From Muribaculaceae bacterium (GTDB lineage Bacteria > Bacteroidota > Bacteroidia > Bacteroidales > Muribaculaceae), in the NCBI GenBank assembly GCA_009775365.1, contig VSPM01000001.1, positions 27,735 to 91,734 of the forward strand: a DNA stretch of 64,000 nucleotides, in the 5' to 3' direction. Of the stretch, positions 38,648 to 48,657 are shown one piece after another. The translations under genes and the position numbers were made by a program. The notes beneath the pieces were generated by a model, which worked only from the letters and a program-made list of their open reading frames with translations, made no database searches and was not told the origin of the DNA. How positions within the stretch are numbered: position 1 is the first letter of the stretch; each line of letters opens with the position of its first letter.

Positions 38648-39406
38648 TTAGTCTTTGCATTTTGCGGCGATGAAATGACGATTCATGCGGCCGATGTTTT
38701 CAAGTTTGATGTTTTTGGGGCACTCGGCAGAGCATGCGCCGGTGTTGGTGCAGTTTCCGAATCCGAGTTCGTCCATCTTGTCGACCATGGCTTTTGCGCG
38801 GCGATATTTCTCCACTTCGCCCTGGGGAAGGAGGGCGAGCTGGCTGATCTTAGCCGACACGAAAAGCATGGCAGAACCGTTCTTGCAGGCAGCCACGCAG
38901 GCTCCGCAGCCGATGCAGCTTGCAGAGTCCATGGCTTCGTCAGCCTTCACCTTTGAGATGGGAAGGTTGTTGGCATCCTGAGCGCCTCCGCAGTTGAACG
39001 ACACATAGCCGCCGGCCTGCTGGATTTTGTCGAATGCGTTGCGGTCTACCATAAGGTCTTTAATCACCGGGAAAGCGGCCGAACGCCAGGGCTCTACAGT
39101 GATTGTCTCGCCGTTCTGGAAACGACGCATATAGAGCTGGCATGTGGTTGCGCCGGTGGCAGGGCCGTGAGGATGGCCGTTGATGTAAAGCGAGCACATG
39201 CCGCAGATACCCTCGCGGCAGTCGTGGTCGAACACGATTGGCTCCTCTCCTCTCTCAACGAGAGTCTCGTTGAGAATGTCGAGGGTCTCCAGGAAGGAGG
39301 TATCGGGAGTGGTCTCGACATCGGAATAAGTCACAAACCCGCCCTTTTCTCTCGGATTGGCCTGACGCCAAACCTTGAGGTTGACTTTCATTATATTTTC
39401 TTCCAT
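38648..39406 (-). CDS. frdB: fumarate reductase/succinate dehydrogenase iron-sulfur subunit
   Basis: Cys clusters [20 protein letters not shown] and [12 protein letters not shown]. Confidence 0.9.
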   Translation of the reverse strand: MEENIMKVNLKVWRQANPREKGGFVTYSDVETTPDTSFLETLDILNETLVERGEEPIVFDHDCREGICGMCSLYINGHPHGPATGATTCQLYMRRFQNGETITVEPWRSAAFPVIKDLMVDRNAFDKIQQAGGYVSFNCGGAQDANNLPISKVKADEAMDSASCIGCGACVAACKNGSAMLFVSAKISQLALLPQGEVEKYRRAKAMVDKMDELGFGNCTNTGACSAECPKNIKLENIGRMNRHFIAAKCKD

Positions 39407-39458
39407 GATTGAAATTTCTGTTTAGTAGCCGGAGGGAAAATTCCCGCCGGAAGAGGAA

Positions 39459-41483
39459 TTATGACTTATAGTTACGTGTCTGCACCTTGATTGCCTCATA
39501 GTGGAGCTGCTCCTTGATGAGGGTCGGGGCCTGGTTGTCGTTGCCGGCATAGTCCCAGCAGCTCACATAGAAGTAATCTTTGTCATCGCGGAGCGCCTCG
39601 CCTTCGGGAGTCTGGTATTCTGTGCGGAAGTGACCGCCGCAGCTCTCGTTGCGGTTGAGCGCGTCATAGGCAATGAGCTCGCCCATTGTGATGAAGTCGT
39701 TGAGACGGAACGCCTTGTCGAGCTCTATGTTCATGCCCTCTTGTGTGCCGGGCACGAAGAGGTCATTATTGAATGTCTCGCGGATATCTTTGAGTTTTCT
39801 GAGAGCGAGTTCAAGACCTTCCTTGTCGCGGGCCATGCCCACATATTCCCACATGATGTGGCCGAGCTCCTTGTGGATAGAATCGACAGAGCGTTTCCCT
39901 TTGATGTTCATGAGGCGGTCGAGGTTTGCCTGGCATTTAGCCTCCGCTGCGTCGAATTCAGGAGTGTCGGTTGAGAAATGAGGAATTGTAATCTGGTCGC
40001 TGAGGTAGTTCTGGATAGTGTAGGGGAGCACGAAGTAACCGTCGGCAAGACCCTGCATGAGGGCAGATGCGCCGAGACGGTTGGCGCCGTGGTCGGAGAA
40101 GTTGCACTCGCCAATCGCGAAGAGACCCTTGATTGATGTCTGGAGCTCGTAGTCCACCCAGATGCCACCCATTGTGTAGTGGATAGCGGGGAAGATCATC
40201 ATCGGGTTGTAATAGTTCACGCCGTTAACTTCGCGAGCGAATTCGCCGGGGTTGACGTCGGTGATTTCCTCATACATGTCGAAGAGGTTGCCGTAGCGCT
40301 GGCGAACCACGTCGATTCCGAGACGGTTGATAGCCTCAGAAAAGTCGAGGAACACGGCGAGACCTGTGTTGTTGACACCGAATCCGGCGTCGCAACGCTC
40401 TTTGGCAGCGCGTGAAGCCACGTCGCGGGGCACGAGGTTACCGAATGCCGGGTAGCGGCGCTCGAGATAGTAGTCGCGATCCTCTTCGGGGATGTCGCTG
40501 CCCTTGATCTGGCCTTTCTGAAGTTTCTCAGCATCTTCTTTCTTCTTGGGCACCCAGATGCGGCCGTCGTTACGAAGCGACTCTGACATAAGTGTGAGCT
40601 TAGACTGCTTGTCGCCGTGCACGGGGATACAGGTGGGGTGAATCTGCACATAAGCGGGGTTTGCGAAGTAAGCACCCTTGCGGTAGCAAGCCATCGCAGC
40701 CGAGCAGTTGCAACCCATAGCGTTGGTAGAAAGGAAGTAGGTGTTGCCATAACCGCCTGTGGCGATAACCACAGCGTGAGCGGCGAAGCGCTCGAGCTTG
40801 CCTGTCACGAGGTTCTTGGCGATGATGCCGCGTGCGCGCTCCACACCGTCTTTGTCTTTGATGAGCACCACGTCGTGCATTTCATAGCGGTTGAAGCTCT
40901 TCACTTTGCCGGTCTGGATCTGACGGTTGAGCGAAGAATAAGCGCCGAGGAGGAGCTGCTGGCCTGTCTGGCCCTTGGCATAGAATGTGCGGCTCACCTG
41001 AGCTCCACCGAAAGAACGGTTGGCGAGAAGGCCGCCGTATTCGCGTGCGAAAGGCACACCCTGTGCCACACACTGGTCTATGATGTTGTTTGACACCTCA
41101 GCAAGACGATAAACGTTTGCTTCACGGGCACGGTAGTCGCCGCCCTTTACAGTGTCGTAGAAAAGACGGTAGATAGAGTCGCCGTCGTTCTGATAATTCT
41201 TGGCTGCGTTGATACCGCCCTGCGCTGCGATTGAGTGAGCGCGGCGGGGGCTGTCCTGAATGCAGAAGTTAAGCACATTGAAGCCCATTTCCGCAAGTGT
41301 GGAAGCCGCGGAGGCTCCGGCAAGACCTGTGCCTACCACAATCACGTCGAGACGACGCTTGTTGGCGGGGTTCACAAGTTTCTGATGAGCCTTGTAGTTG
41401 GTCCATTTCTCAGCGACAGGACCCTCCGGGATCTTGGAATCAGCCGGATTCATTACTTTGATATTCTCTTTTATATTTTCCAT
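39459..41483 (-). CDS. frdA: fumarate reductase/succinate dehydrogenase flavoprotein subunit
   Basis: FAD-binding [26 protein letters not shown] and HPTCIP, with a typical length. The start may be the internal MNPADSK at 41453. Confidence 0.9.
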   Translation of the reverse strand: MENIKENIKVMNPADSKIPEGPVAEKWTNYKAHQKLVNPANKRRLDVIVVGTGLAGASAASTLAEMGFNVLNFCIQDSPRRAHSIAAQGGINAAKNYQNDGDSIYRLFYDTVKGGDYRAREANVYRLAEVSNNIIDQCVAQGVPFAREYGGLLANRSFGGAQVSRTFYAKGQTGQQLLLGAYSSLNRQIQTGKVKSFNRYEMHDVVLIKDKDGVERARGIIAKNLVTGKLERFAAHAVVIATGGYGNTYFLSTNAMGCNCSAAMACYRKGAYFANPAYVQIHPTCIPVHGDKQSKLTLMSESLRNDGRIWVPKKKEDAEKLQKGQIKGSDIPEEDRDYYLERRYPAFGNLVPRDVASRAAKERCDAGFGVNNTGLAVFLDFSEAINRLGIDVVRQRYGNLFDMYEEITDVNPGEFAREVNGVNYYNPMMIFPAIHYTMGGIWVDYELQTSIKGLFAIGECNFSDHGANRLGASALMQGLADGYFVLPYTIQNYLSDQITIPHFSTDTPEFDAAEAKCQANLDRLMNIKGKRSVDSIHKELGHIMWEYVGMARDKEGLELALRKLKDIRETFNNDLFVPGTQEGMNIELDKAFRLNDFITMGELIAYDALNRNESCGGHFRTEYQTPEGEALRDDKDYFYVSCWDYAGNDNQAPTLIKEQLHYEAIKVQTRNYKS

Positions 41484-41491
41484 ATCGCTAA

Positions 41492-42469
41492 TTAGTTTGC
41501 AGGTTGGGGATTTTCAGCGGGTGCGAGCTCCTCGGCGGGAACATCCACATCGAGATAGTCGATGAGTTCGGCAGCGCGTCTGATAGTTTCAAGACGGGCG
41601 GGGAACTGAGGGTCGTTTGCGAAATAGCTCTGAGCCTCGGGCTGTTCCATCTGAGTGAGAGTGCCCTTGACCATCTGCTTCATCTGGTCGAATGGAGCAG
41701 AAGTGATAGCCTGAGCTGCGTCGGGGCCGAAGTCTTTCTCAAACATGGGGGCAAGCATCTCTTTGTATTGCTCGCGGAGAGTTTCATTGGTCTTGTAGTA
41801 GTTTTCGTGAGCCTTCACTGTGAAGACGATAGCCTGGGCAATGAAGAGAAGCACCACGATAGAGCTCCACCAGCAAGCCACCTTTTTGAGGCGGGCAATC
41901 CACACCTGGTTATCCCAGCCGATAGACTGGAACATCGACCAGAAACCGTGGTTGAGGTGGAACCAGAGGGCAATGAAGCCGATGATGTAGACAATCGGAG
42001 TCCACACAACGGAGAAAGCCTCCTGGATGAAAAGTGTGCCGGCAGCGGGAGGAAGCACGTCGTGAACGCCGAGAATCTCCTTGAGCTGCATCTTAGCCCA
42101 GAATTGGATGAGGTGCACAACCAGGAAGGCGAGGATGACCAAGCCGAGCACGAGCATGTTCTGGCTTGACCATTCAACCGTCTTGGGACGCTTTGAGATG
42201 GCGTAGCGGTCGTTGCCGCGGGCCTTGCGGTTCTGGAGCGTGAGCACTACCGCATAAATGATGTGGATGATGAAGAACAAAGCCAGACCTGCTGACGCTA
42301 TAAGCGCATACCAGTTCGCGCCTAAGAATTCGCATACGGAATTATAGGCGGCCGGCCAGCAGATGGCTATGGCGTTCATCAAACAGTGAAATGTGAGAAA
42401 TAGGACGAGAACGGCGCCGGTGACGGCCATGACGAACTTCCGCCCTACAGATGAGCTTGATAACCACAT
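41492..42469 (-). CDS. frdC: fumarate reductase cytochrome b subunit with a C-terminal soluble extension
   Basis: A five-helix hydrophobic core with conserved His residues lies upstream of frdA and frdB. About 95 extra hydrophilic residues follow the last helix. Confidence 0.8.
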   Translation of the reverse strand: MWLSSSSVGRKFVMAVTGAVLVLFLTFHCLMNAIAICWPAAYNSVCEFLGANWYALIASAGLALFFIIHIIYAVVLTLQNRKARGNDRYAISKRPKTVEWSSQNMLVLGLVILAFLVVHLIQFWAKMQLKEILGVHDVLPPAAGTLFIQEAFSVVWTPIVYIIGFIALWFHLNHGFWSMFQSIGWDNQVWIARLKKVACWWSSIVVLLFIAQAIVFTVKAHENYYKTNETLREQYKEMLAPMFEKDFGPDAAQAITSAPFDQMKQMVKGTLTQMEQPEAQSYFANDPQFPARLETIRRAAELIDYLDVDVPAEELAPAENPQPAN

Positions 42470-42666
42470 AGCAGTTCTGATTTAATTTAAGTTATTTTGT
42501 TAGTTATTTAGTTTAGTTTCTAAGGTTTGCGACTTTGAGGAAATCGCATGCCCCACTGAGTTTTATGCATACGCAGTGGAATTATGTGCAAATTTATGTT
42601 TTTTTGTTCATTCAGACAAAGTTTTCAGGGTGTATTTTTTCACATTTTTCAACATTTCGATACTTA

Positions 42667-42699
42667 CACGGGGTCTGCACGCTTTGTGCAGACCCCGTG
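42667..42699 (-). terminator. perfect 14-bp hairpin downstream of the aminotransferase
   Basis: cacggggtctgcac (42667-42680) pairs with gtgcagaccccgtg (42686-42699). No clear T-run follows on the minus strand. Confidence 0.5.
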
Positions 42700-42729
42700 C
42701 GATTGTGCAGAGGGCTGTTTTTTGAAGTG

Positions 42730-43902
42730 TCAGACGATGCTCTCTTTTATGGCTTCAACCACTCTTGCTATCTCTTTTTCTCCCACCCATGGCCCTGCCG
42801 GGATGCAGAGGCCGCGGCTGAAGAGGTCTTCGCTCACTCCGTTCACATACGACGGGCATTTTGAAAACACGGGCTGGAGATGCATGGGCTTCCAAAGGTG
42901 GCGGCTCTCGATGTTATGCCGCTCGAGATTGCGACGCATGGCCTCGGGTTTTCCGCAGGAGTCTGCTTCTTTAACTCTGAGCTCCGGGCTGAGTGTAATG
43001 GCGCAGAGCCAGAAGTTGCTGTCGAATTCAGGCCCGGGATTTTCGTGGAGGCTGATTCCTTCGACGCCGGAAAAGAGTTCGCGGTATCGCTCCTGCACAT
43101 GGCGATGATGGGCAATGTGCTCTTCCGCTATGGTCATCTGCCCTTGCCCGATGCAGGCCGATATGTTGCTGAGGCGATAGTTGTAGCCTATGCGCTCATG
43201 CTGATACCACGGATAAGGCTCGCGGGATTGTGTGGCATAGTTCATCGCCAGTTTCCATTTCTCTTCATCGGGACATATCAGGGCTCCTCCTCCGGAGGTG
43301 GTTATCATTTTGTTGCCGTTGAACGACAGGATTCCATATTCGCCGAAAGTGCCGCACATTCTCCCCTTGTAGCGGCTTCCGAATGCTTCTGCGGAGTCTT
43401 CAAGTACCGGGATGCCCCATTTCTCTGCCACTTCCAGAATCTCGGAAATCTTTGCGGGCATTCCGTAGAGATAGACGGGGATTATGGCCTTTGGCTTTTT
43501 GCCGGTTTTCTGTATTCGGTCGGCTATCGCGTGGTCGAGCAGGGCGGGGTCCATGTTCCATGTGTCGGGCTCTGAGTCCACAAACACAGGTGTGGCCCCG
43601 ACATATGTCACGGGATTGGCAGACGCGCTGAACGTGAAACTCTGCACAATCACCTCATCGTCGCGACCCGCTCCCAGCGCCACAAGGCCGAGATGAATGG
43701 CTGCTGTGCCTGAGGCAAGGGCCACTATTCTTTTTCTCTCCAGCCCCGGAGGATATGATAAAAAGAACTTTTCAAGGTCTTTTTCAAATCCGTTTACATT
43801 GGGGCCGAGGGGCACTACCCAGTTATCGGCAAATGCCTCGTTGATAAAATCCATCTCTTTGCCGCTCATGTGGCAAAGGCAAAGCAATATGCGGTCAGAC
43901 AT
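42730..43902 (-). CDS. DegT/DnrJ/EryC1/StrS-family PLP-dependent sugar aminotransferase
   Basis: The start is at ATG 43902 (MSDRILLCLCHMSG). Longer ORF-track starts overlap the upstream gene. The family strings are typical (FEKDLEKF, SGTAAIHL, SFNGNKMITTSGGGAL). Confidence 0.85.
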   Translation of the reverse strand: MSDRILLCLCHMSGKEMDFINEAFADNWVVPLGPNVNGFEKDLEKFFLSYPPGLERKRIVALASGTAAIHLGLVALGAGRDDEVIVQSFTFSASANPVTYVGATPVFVDSEPDTWNMDPALLDHAIADRIQKTGKKPKAIIPVYLYGMPAKISEILEVAEKWGIPVLEDSAEAFGSRYKGRMCGTFGEYGILSFNGNKMITTSGGGALICPDEEKWKLAMNYATQSREPYPWYQHERIGYNYRLSNISACIGQGQMTIAEEHIAHHRHVQERYRELFSGVEGISLHENPGPEFDSNFWLCAITLSPELRVKEADSCGKPEAMRRNLERHNIESRHLWKPMHLQPVFSKCPSYVNGVSEDLFSRGLCIPAGPWVGEKEIARVVEAIKESIV

Positions 43903-43919
43903 TACTATATTTTGTTTGG

Positions 43920-46616
43920 TCAGTTCAGAATGTGGAAAGTGGCGAGGGAATCGTTGGTCTCGGCGTCGCGTATGTGGTAGACGCCAGTTGCGGGGCGCTG
44001 CCCTGATGCGTTCTCTCCGTCCCACTGAATGCGTCCGGCATTGGCTTTGCCGAGTGCGCGAATGGTTTTTCCGGAATTGTCGGTCACAATCAGTTCCCGT
44101 CCTGCCGGTAGGCCGGAAATTGTCACCCATCCCCTGAATCCGGGAGTGATGTCGGAAGGGGTCACTGTCGCCCCTTGCATATGGCTGCCTCCAAGAAATT
44201 CGGGGAAAAACTCTGTAAGGCCGAGGGCTGTGGAAATCATTATTGAGCCTCGCTCTGGGTTGTGGCAGAGTCCATACACGCGGTCGGACGGTAGCGCAGA
44301 GCCGGCTTCCCTCAGTTCGCCGAGGAGTGTTTCCCGGTCGGGAGAAAGGCAGATCACTCCTTCATCGTGAGTGGCAATCCATAGCCTGTTGTCGGAGTCT
44401 GTGGCGAATGCGTTTGCCTGGGCAGATTCAAGAATCTGAATTTCGTTCATTTCGCTGTCGCCCGATTTCACAGTGTGGCGCACTGCCAGTTTCGGATTGT
44501 CAAACGCCTCGCGCGGGTTCACGCGGAATGTCCCGGCGTGGCATCCTGCCCAAAGGTCGGCGGTTACGGGGTCTTCCCATAGGGTCACGGGGTAGATCTT
44601 GTCAATCACTTTTCCTGTGGCTGCATCGAAAAGTTTGTCGAGAGTGGCGAGGCGGTCGTCGGAGGGGTCGTCTGGGGTGCCGTTATGGTCAAGGATGTAG
44701 ACAGGGCTTTGATAGCTTCCGTTGTGAAACGCGATGAGATTACGGTTGGCCGGGGCGCAGAGGGGGAGAAGAGCCTGGTTCTGCCCGGCGTTCTCATTTA
44801 TTTTCACAGTGATTCTGTGCATATCGCGGTAGCATCCGGCGTCGGTGTTGGCGTTAGCCATCTCTCTGAGTTCATCGGCAGTGTAGAAACACAGGGCCAT
44901 GGAATAGGCGTTGGCCGCGCATTCGTCATAATCCTGATAGGCGGTCCACATCCTCCCCTCGGAGTCGAATTCGGGGGCGGAGAAATTGCATAGCGAAGTC
45001 CATGCGCTGAATGCCGGGTAGCCGTTGATGAATCCGGGAAGCTGAGCGGTAGAGGTCTTTTCATTGCCCACGTGAAGAGGAAGCTCGCTCGGGTCGTCGA
45101 GGTTTATACGCGCCCATCCGGTTGTGACGGAGCCGGCATACGCATATTGCGGGTTTGCCGGGTCGATGGCCAGTCCGTCGGGGTGGACAAGCGGATAAGA
45201 GTCAGCCTTTGAGTTGAATATTTTGTATAGATTCTCATTGCCAGCAATCTCCTTGGGCGGGAAAAACACGGGCGAGAGCTGTTTCCATCTTCCATCTTTG
45301 AGGGCGCTGACAAGCCACGGGATGTTTGGTGAACTTTGTTGGAAATTCTGGCTCACGGGATGTTCGCTCACAAGCAATCCATGCATTGGATGCCATTTCA
45401 TGAAAGGGGCGCGGAATGGAGCCGGTGCGTCGGGCCATATGGTGTCGGAGACGCTTTTCCATGAAGAACCGTCGAACGAGCGGCGGTAGAAACCTTTCCT
45501 TTCTACAAAGAACCAATAGTTTGAATAATCCCAGGAGGCAGATTCTCTCCAGGTGTTGTCGGTCTTAAAGACAGAACTGTAGATTTTTTGCTTATAGTCA
45601 TCGGCCGGGTTTGCGGCAGAGAGGTCCGGGTCAACGCCTGCCAGAAGCTGAATGCCGAAGTTCTGGGCATGGAGATAGTACCCCTTTTTATTGGGGTAGG
45701 CATTGTTGGCTGTGCGCGAAGTTACCGTGTGGTCTTTGGTTAGCATTCTTATCTCGCTCTCCACGATGGGGAGAATCCTCCATTTGTCGCCATTGCGTGT
45801 GGCTGCGGTTATGGTGCGGAGGTTGGCCGATGAGGCAGCCGGAGCGAAGAATGCGAATGTGTTGTCGGTGAGCGGCATCAGTGATGCAGGCTCTACGAGT
45901 TTCCCGTCTGAGTACATATAGTCAGCCACCTCTGAGTCTGCGGTTAGCGGTTGCAGGCTGCTCAGTTTTGACGGCAGCGAGGCCACCGGATTTGCATAGG
46001 CCGATGAATTCGCGAAAATAACCAGTGAGCCGCCTATGGGGCACAGCCAGTCAACCGGGAAGTCAGTCCTGACCATTTTCTCCAAGGAGTGAGTGGCCGG
46101 GTTTATTATTGCATAGCCATAGGAGGCTGCCAGCCATAGTTTGCCATCGGCCGGATTTTCGGTGATTGAGCGCACGGCGGGCTTGCCGGGGAGATTTATA
46201 TTTTCAAGGCCGTGGATGGCAAAAGGGTACGCATCGTCAGGAATAATCCAGATTGTGCCCCTCTCTGCTACGGCGGCAAGATGACGCCGTGACGGGGAGT
46301 ATGTGGCAGCCCTGAAAGATTCGGGGAGCCCGTCATATTTGGAAGAGAGCGGCATTATTCCGGCTTCGGGATTTTCTTTGTCGTAGACGAACAGAGTGGC
46401 GGTGTTTATCTTATGGTCTTCAAAAGAGGGAGCAAATGCCTGCTGGTGCAGCATAAAATAGGTTTTTGTCTCGCCGTCGATAATCTTTTCAATCTGCTGA
46501 TAGAAGGATGGGTGAGCCTGCCATCTGCCCGGCAGCGACGCCGCCCGGGCTGACAGCGATGCGAGTAAAGCCGTTAATATACAGACTGCGGCGTTAATGC
46601 GGGCTGACTTGAGCAT
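43920..46616 (-). CDS. large secreted protein, beta-propeller-like repeats plus an Ig-like/T9SS-type C-terminal domain
   Basis: Signal peptide MLKSARINAAVCILTALLASLSARA. Recurrent W-rich propeller-like segments are present (LWLAASYGYAIINP, RLWIATHDEGVICL). The C-terminal tail is WVTISGLPAGRELIVTDNSGKTIRAL...TGVYHI. Confidence 0.55.
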   Translation of the reverse strand: MLKSARINAAVCILTALLASLSARAASLPGRWQAHPSFYQQIEKIIDGETKTYFMLHQQAFAPSFEDHKINTATLFVYDKENPEAGIMPLSSKYDGLPESFRAATYSPSRRHLAAVAERGTIWIIPDDAYPFAIHGLENINLPGKPAVRSITENPADGKLWLAASYGYAIINPATHSLEKMVRTDFPVDWLCPIGGSLVIFANSSAYANPVASLPSKLSSLQPLTADSEVADYMYSDGKLVEPASLMPLTDNTFAFFAPAASSANLRTITAATRNGDKWRILPIVESEIRMLTKDHTVTSRTANNAYPNKKGYYLHAQNFGIQLLAGVDPDLSAANPADDYKQKIYSSVFKTDNTWRESASWDYSNYWFFVERKGFYRRSFDGSSWKSVSDTIWPDAPAPFRAPFMKWHPMHGLLVSEHPVSQNFQQSSPNIPWLVSALKDGRWKQLSPVFFPPKEIAGNENLYKIFNSKADSYPLVHPDGLAIDPANPQYAYAGSVTTGWARINLDDPSELPLHVGNEKTSTAQLPGFINGYPAFSAWTSLCNFSAPEFDSEGRMWTAYQDYDECAANAYSMALCFYTADELREMANANTDAGCYRDMHRITVKINENAGQNQALLPLCAPANRNLIAFHNGSYQSPVYILDHNGTPDDPSDDRLATLDKLFDAATGKVIDKIYPVTLWEDPVTADLWAGCHAGTFRVNPREAFDNPKLAVRHTVKSGDSEMNEIQILESAQANAFATDSDNRLWIATHDEGVICLSPDRETLLGELREAGSALPSDRVYGLCHNPERGSIMISTALGLTEFFPEFLGGSHMQGATVTPSDITPGFRGWVTISGLPAGRELIVTDNSGKTIRALGKANAGRIQWDGENASGQRPATGVYHIRDAETNDSLATFHILN

Positions 46617-46944
46617 CAGGCGTATAGATATGGTGCGCGTATGGGTGAAATGGTGTATATATTTCATGATTTCAACACTTTTCAGCAAAAATACCTAATA
46701 AAACGCAAAGAAGCAAAAAAACGGGTTATTTTCATTAAAAAAGATTTACGCGAAGTTTTTGATTTTTTTTGAGTTCAATGGTGGTTTAATCCGATTATAA
46801 GGATTAACTTTGCTAACGGACATTCCTACTGCATTGAACGCAATTCGGAGCATAGAAAATTCCGTGCATAATGATTAAGGAGTGGACGAGAGCGGAGTCA
46901 GCTCGAGCGAATTATAATTAATCGATTACTTTGGTGCTTAAGAC

Positions 46945-48573
46945 ATGATTGAGTTGGTTGCTTTATTACTTTTGACGATGTCATCGGCAGCGGTTACGCT
47001 GCCGGTCGACACAGCGACGTATGCTGGCAGTTTTTATGAGGAGACAGCCTCGCTGAATCCGGAACGGCTTCTTGCAGTGGCTGACAGCGCTTACAAGGCG
47101 CGCGACAACAGCCTTGCCATGTCGCTTTATCTTTCGATATGTGGAAGAGATTCGGAAGATTTTTGCCCCGAAATAAAGATTAAGGCATATATAGGTGCCG
47201 GTGATGTCATGATGCGCAAATGTTATTATCCGGGGGCGCTTGAATATTATGTAGAAGGATTGATGCTGTGCGAGACTGACACTGCCATGTGGCGCCGATA
47301 TTCCGGAGAATTTTATAAAAATATAGGGAATGTGTATTCTTCCCTCAATGATTATGAGCAGGGTATTCATTATTATAAACTCGCTCTTGAAGAGAGCGAC
47401 CCTAAGCAGAATGGTCTTCGGGTGCGCACATTGTATAATCTTGCAGGATTCAGCACATATGTGGGAAATGCGAAGGAAGCAAGACAATATCTCGCTCAGG
47501 CACGCAAGTGCAACTATCCATGGAACGATGTGACGCGGTTTCTGGACGTGTTTATAGAGGGTCTGGTGCTTGGTTGCGAGGGTCATAGCCGTGAGGCGAT
47601 AGCAAATCTGCGCAAATCGGAGAAATATGCCATTGATCATGGCATGAGCGCACGTTATCTGTGTTCTGCCCGTCAGCATCTCTACGTGTTATACGGTGAA
47701 ACAGGCAGGACAGACTCAATGTATTATTATCTTAAAGGCTGTGAGGAGAGTGCCGAAAGAAATGGGATCCGGCAGATGTTTCCGGGGCTTCTGTCTGACA
47801 TTGCCGACTATCATTATAGTCATGGCGATTCTGTGGCCGGCAAGGAATACCGATATCGCTATCTTGATCTCAGAGATTCTATTGGAAATGAGCGCGAATT
47901 TGATGCCGTGAAGCAGGTTCAGTTTCAGTATGAGTCTCGTAAAGTGGCCGGGAAGATTGAGTCACTTCGTTTGGAGAAGGATAAAAGCGAGGCGTTGATC
48001 GTAAGGCAGCGTGTCTGGTTGCTTGCAGTTGGGGGCGGGCTTATAATAGTTGGTGCGTTCCTATGGATTATCGCCTGGCAGAATAGAAATCTTAAAAGGA
48101 GTTATCTAAGTCTGTATAATATAAACCGAGACAGTGCCCGCAGAGAAGAGGAGCAGAAGTATGGGTCGAGCAATCTGAAAGAGGAGCGCATCGGCGAGTT
48201 GGCTAAGGATATTGAAGAACTGATGGATGGCGAAAAGATCTATTGCGAGCCTGAATTTTCATTAGATATGCTTTCAGACCGAGTCGGTGTCAACAGCAAA
48301 TATGTTTCGCAGACCATCAACATGGCATTCGGAAAAAATTTCAGTAATTATGTCAATGACTATAGGGTGCGACTTGCATGCGAGAGGCTCGAGGATGACG
48401 CATATTCCCACTACACAGTGGCGGCAGTGGGGGAGAGTGTGGGCTTCAAATCGCAGTCATCGTTTACAAGTGTGTTCCGTAAGATTACAGGTTTAAGTCC
48501 GTCTATGTTTCGTAAGATGTCAATTTTTGACAAAAATAGGGAACAATGCTCAAAAAATATATCAGATTCATGA
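46945..48573 (+). CDS. TPR-repeat, single-TM, AraC-type HTH transcriptional regulator
   Basis: TPR-like repeats (YKNIGNVYSSLNDYEQGIHYYKLALE), a TM helix (VWLLAVGGGLIIVGAFLWIIAW) and an AraC HTH (VGESVGFKSQSSFTSVFRKITGLSPSMFRK). Confidence 0.75.
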   Translation: MIELVALLLLTMSSAAVTLPVDTATYAGSFYEETASLNPERLLAVADSAYKARDNSLAMSLYLSICGRDSEDFCPEIKIKAYIGAGDVMMRKCYYPGALEYYVEGLMLCETDTAMWRRYSGEFYKNIGNVYSSLNDYEQGIHYYKLALEESDPKQNGLRVRTLYNLAGFSTYVGNAKEARQYLAQARKCNYPWNDVTRFLDVFIEGLVLGCEGHSREAIANLRKSEKYAIDHGMSARYLCSARQHLYVLYGETGRTDSMYYYLKGCEESAERNGIRQMFPGLLSDIADYHYSHGDSVAGKEYRYRYLDLRDSIGNEREFDAVKQVQFQYESRKVAGKIESLRLEKDKSEALIVRQRVWLLAVGGGLIIVGAFLWIIAWQNRNLKRSYLSLYNINRDSARREEEQKYGSSNLKEERIGELAKDIEELMDGEKIYCEPEFSLDMLSDRVGVNSKYVSQTINMAFGKNFSNYVNDYRVRLACERLEDDAYSHYTVAAVGESVGFKSQSSFTSVFRKITGLSPSMFRKMSIFDKNREQCSKNISDS

Positions 48574-48657
48574 ATCTGGCGATATGGGGCTTTGGGAAAT
48601 TGCAATACTAATGTAAATTTGCAAACGAACATAACGACTAACTATAACAGTTTAATT

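Noticed and set aside
39501-41093. Multiple 80-180-aa ORFs on both strands within frdA (for example 39501-39974, 40217-40750, 40617-41093)
   Set aside because: They overlap a strongly supported flavoprotein gene and have low-complexity, Arg/Ala/Val-rich compositions typical of off-frame ORFs in GC-richer coding DNA.
43903-44130. 76-residue N-terminal extension of the aminotransferase ORF (start at 44130)
   Set aside because: It is Arg-rich nonsense that overlaps the 3' end of the upstream propeller-like gene. The conserved DegT N-terminus begins at ATG 43902.
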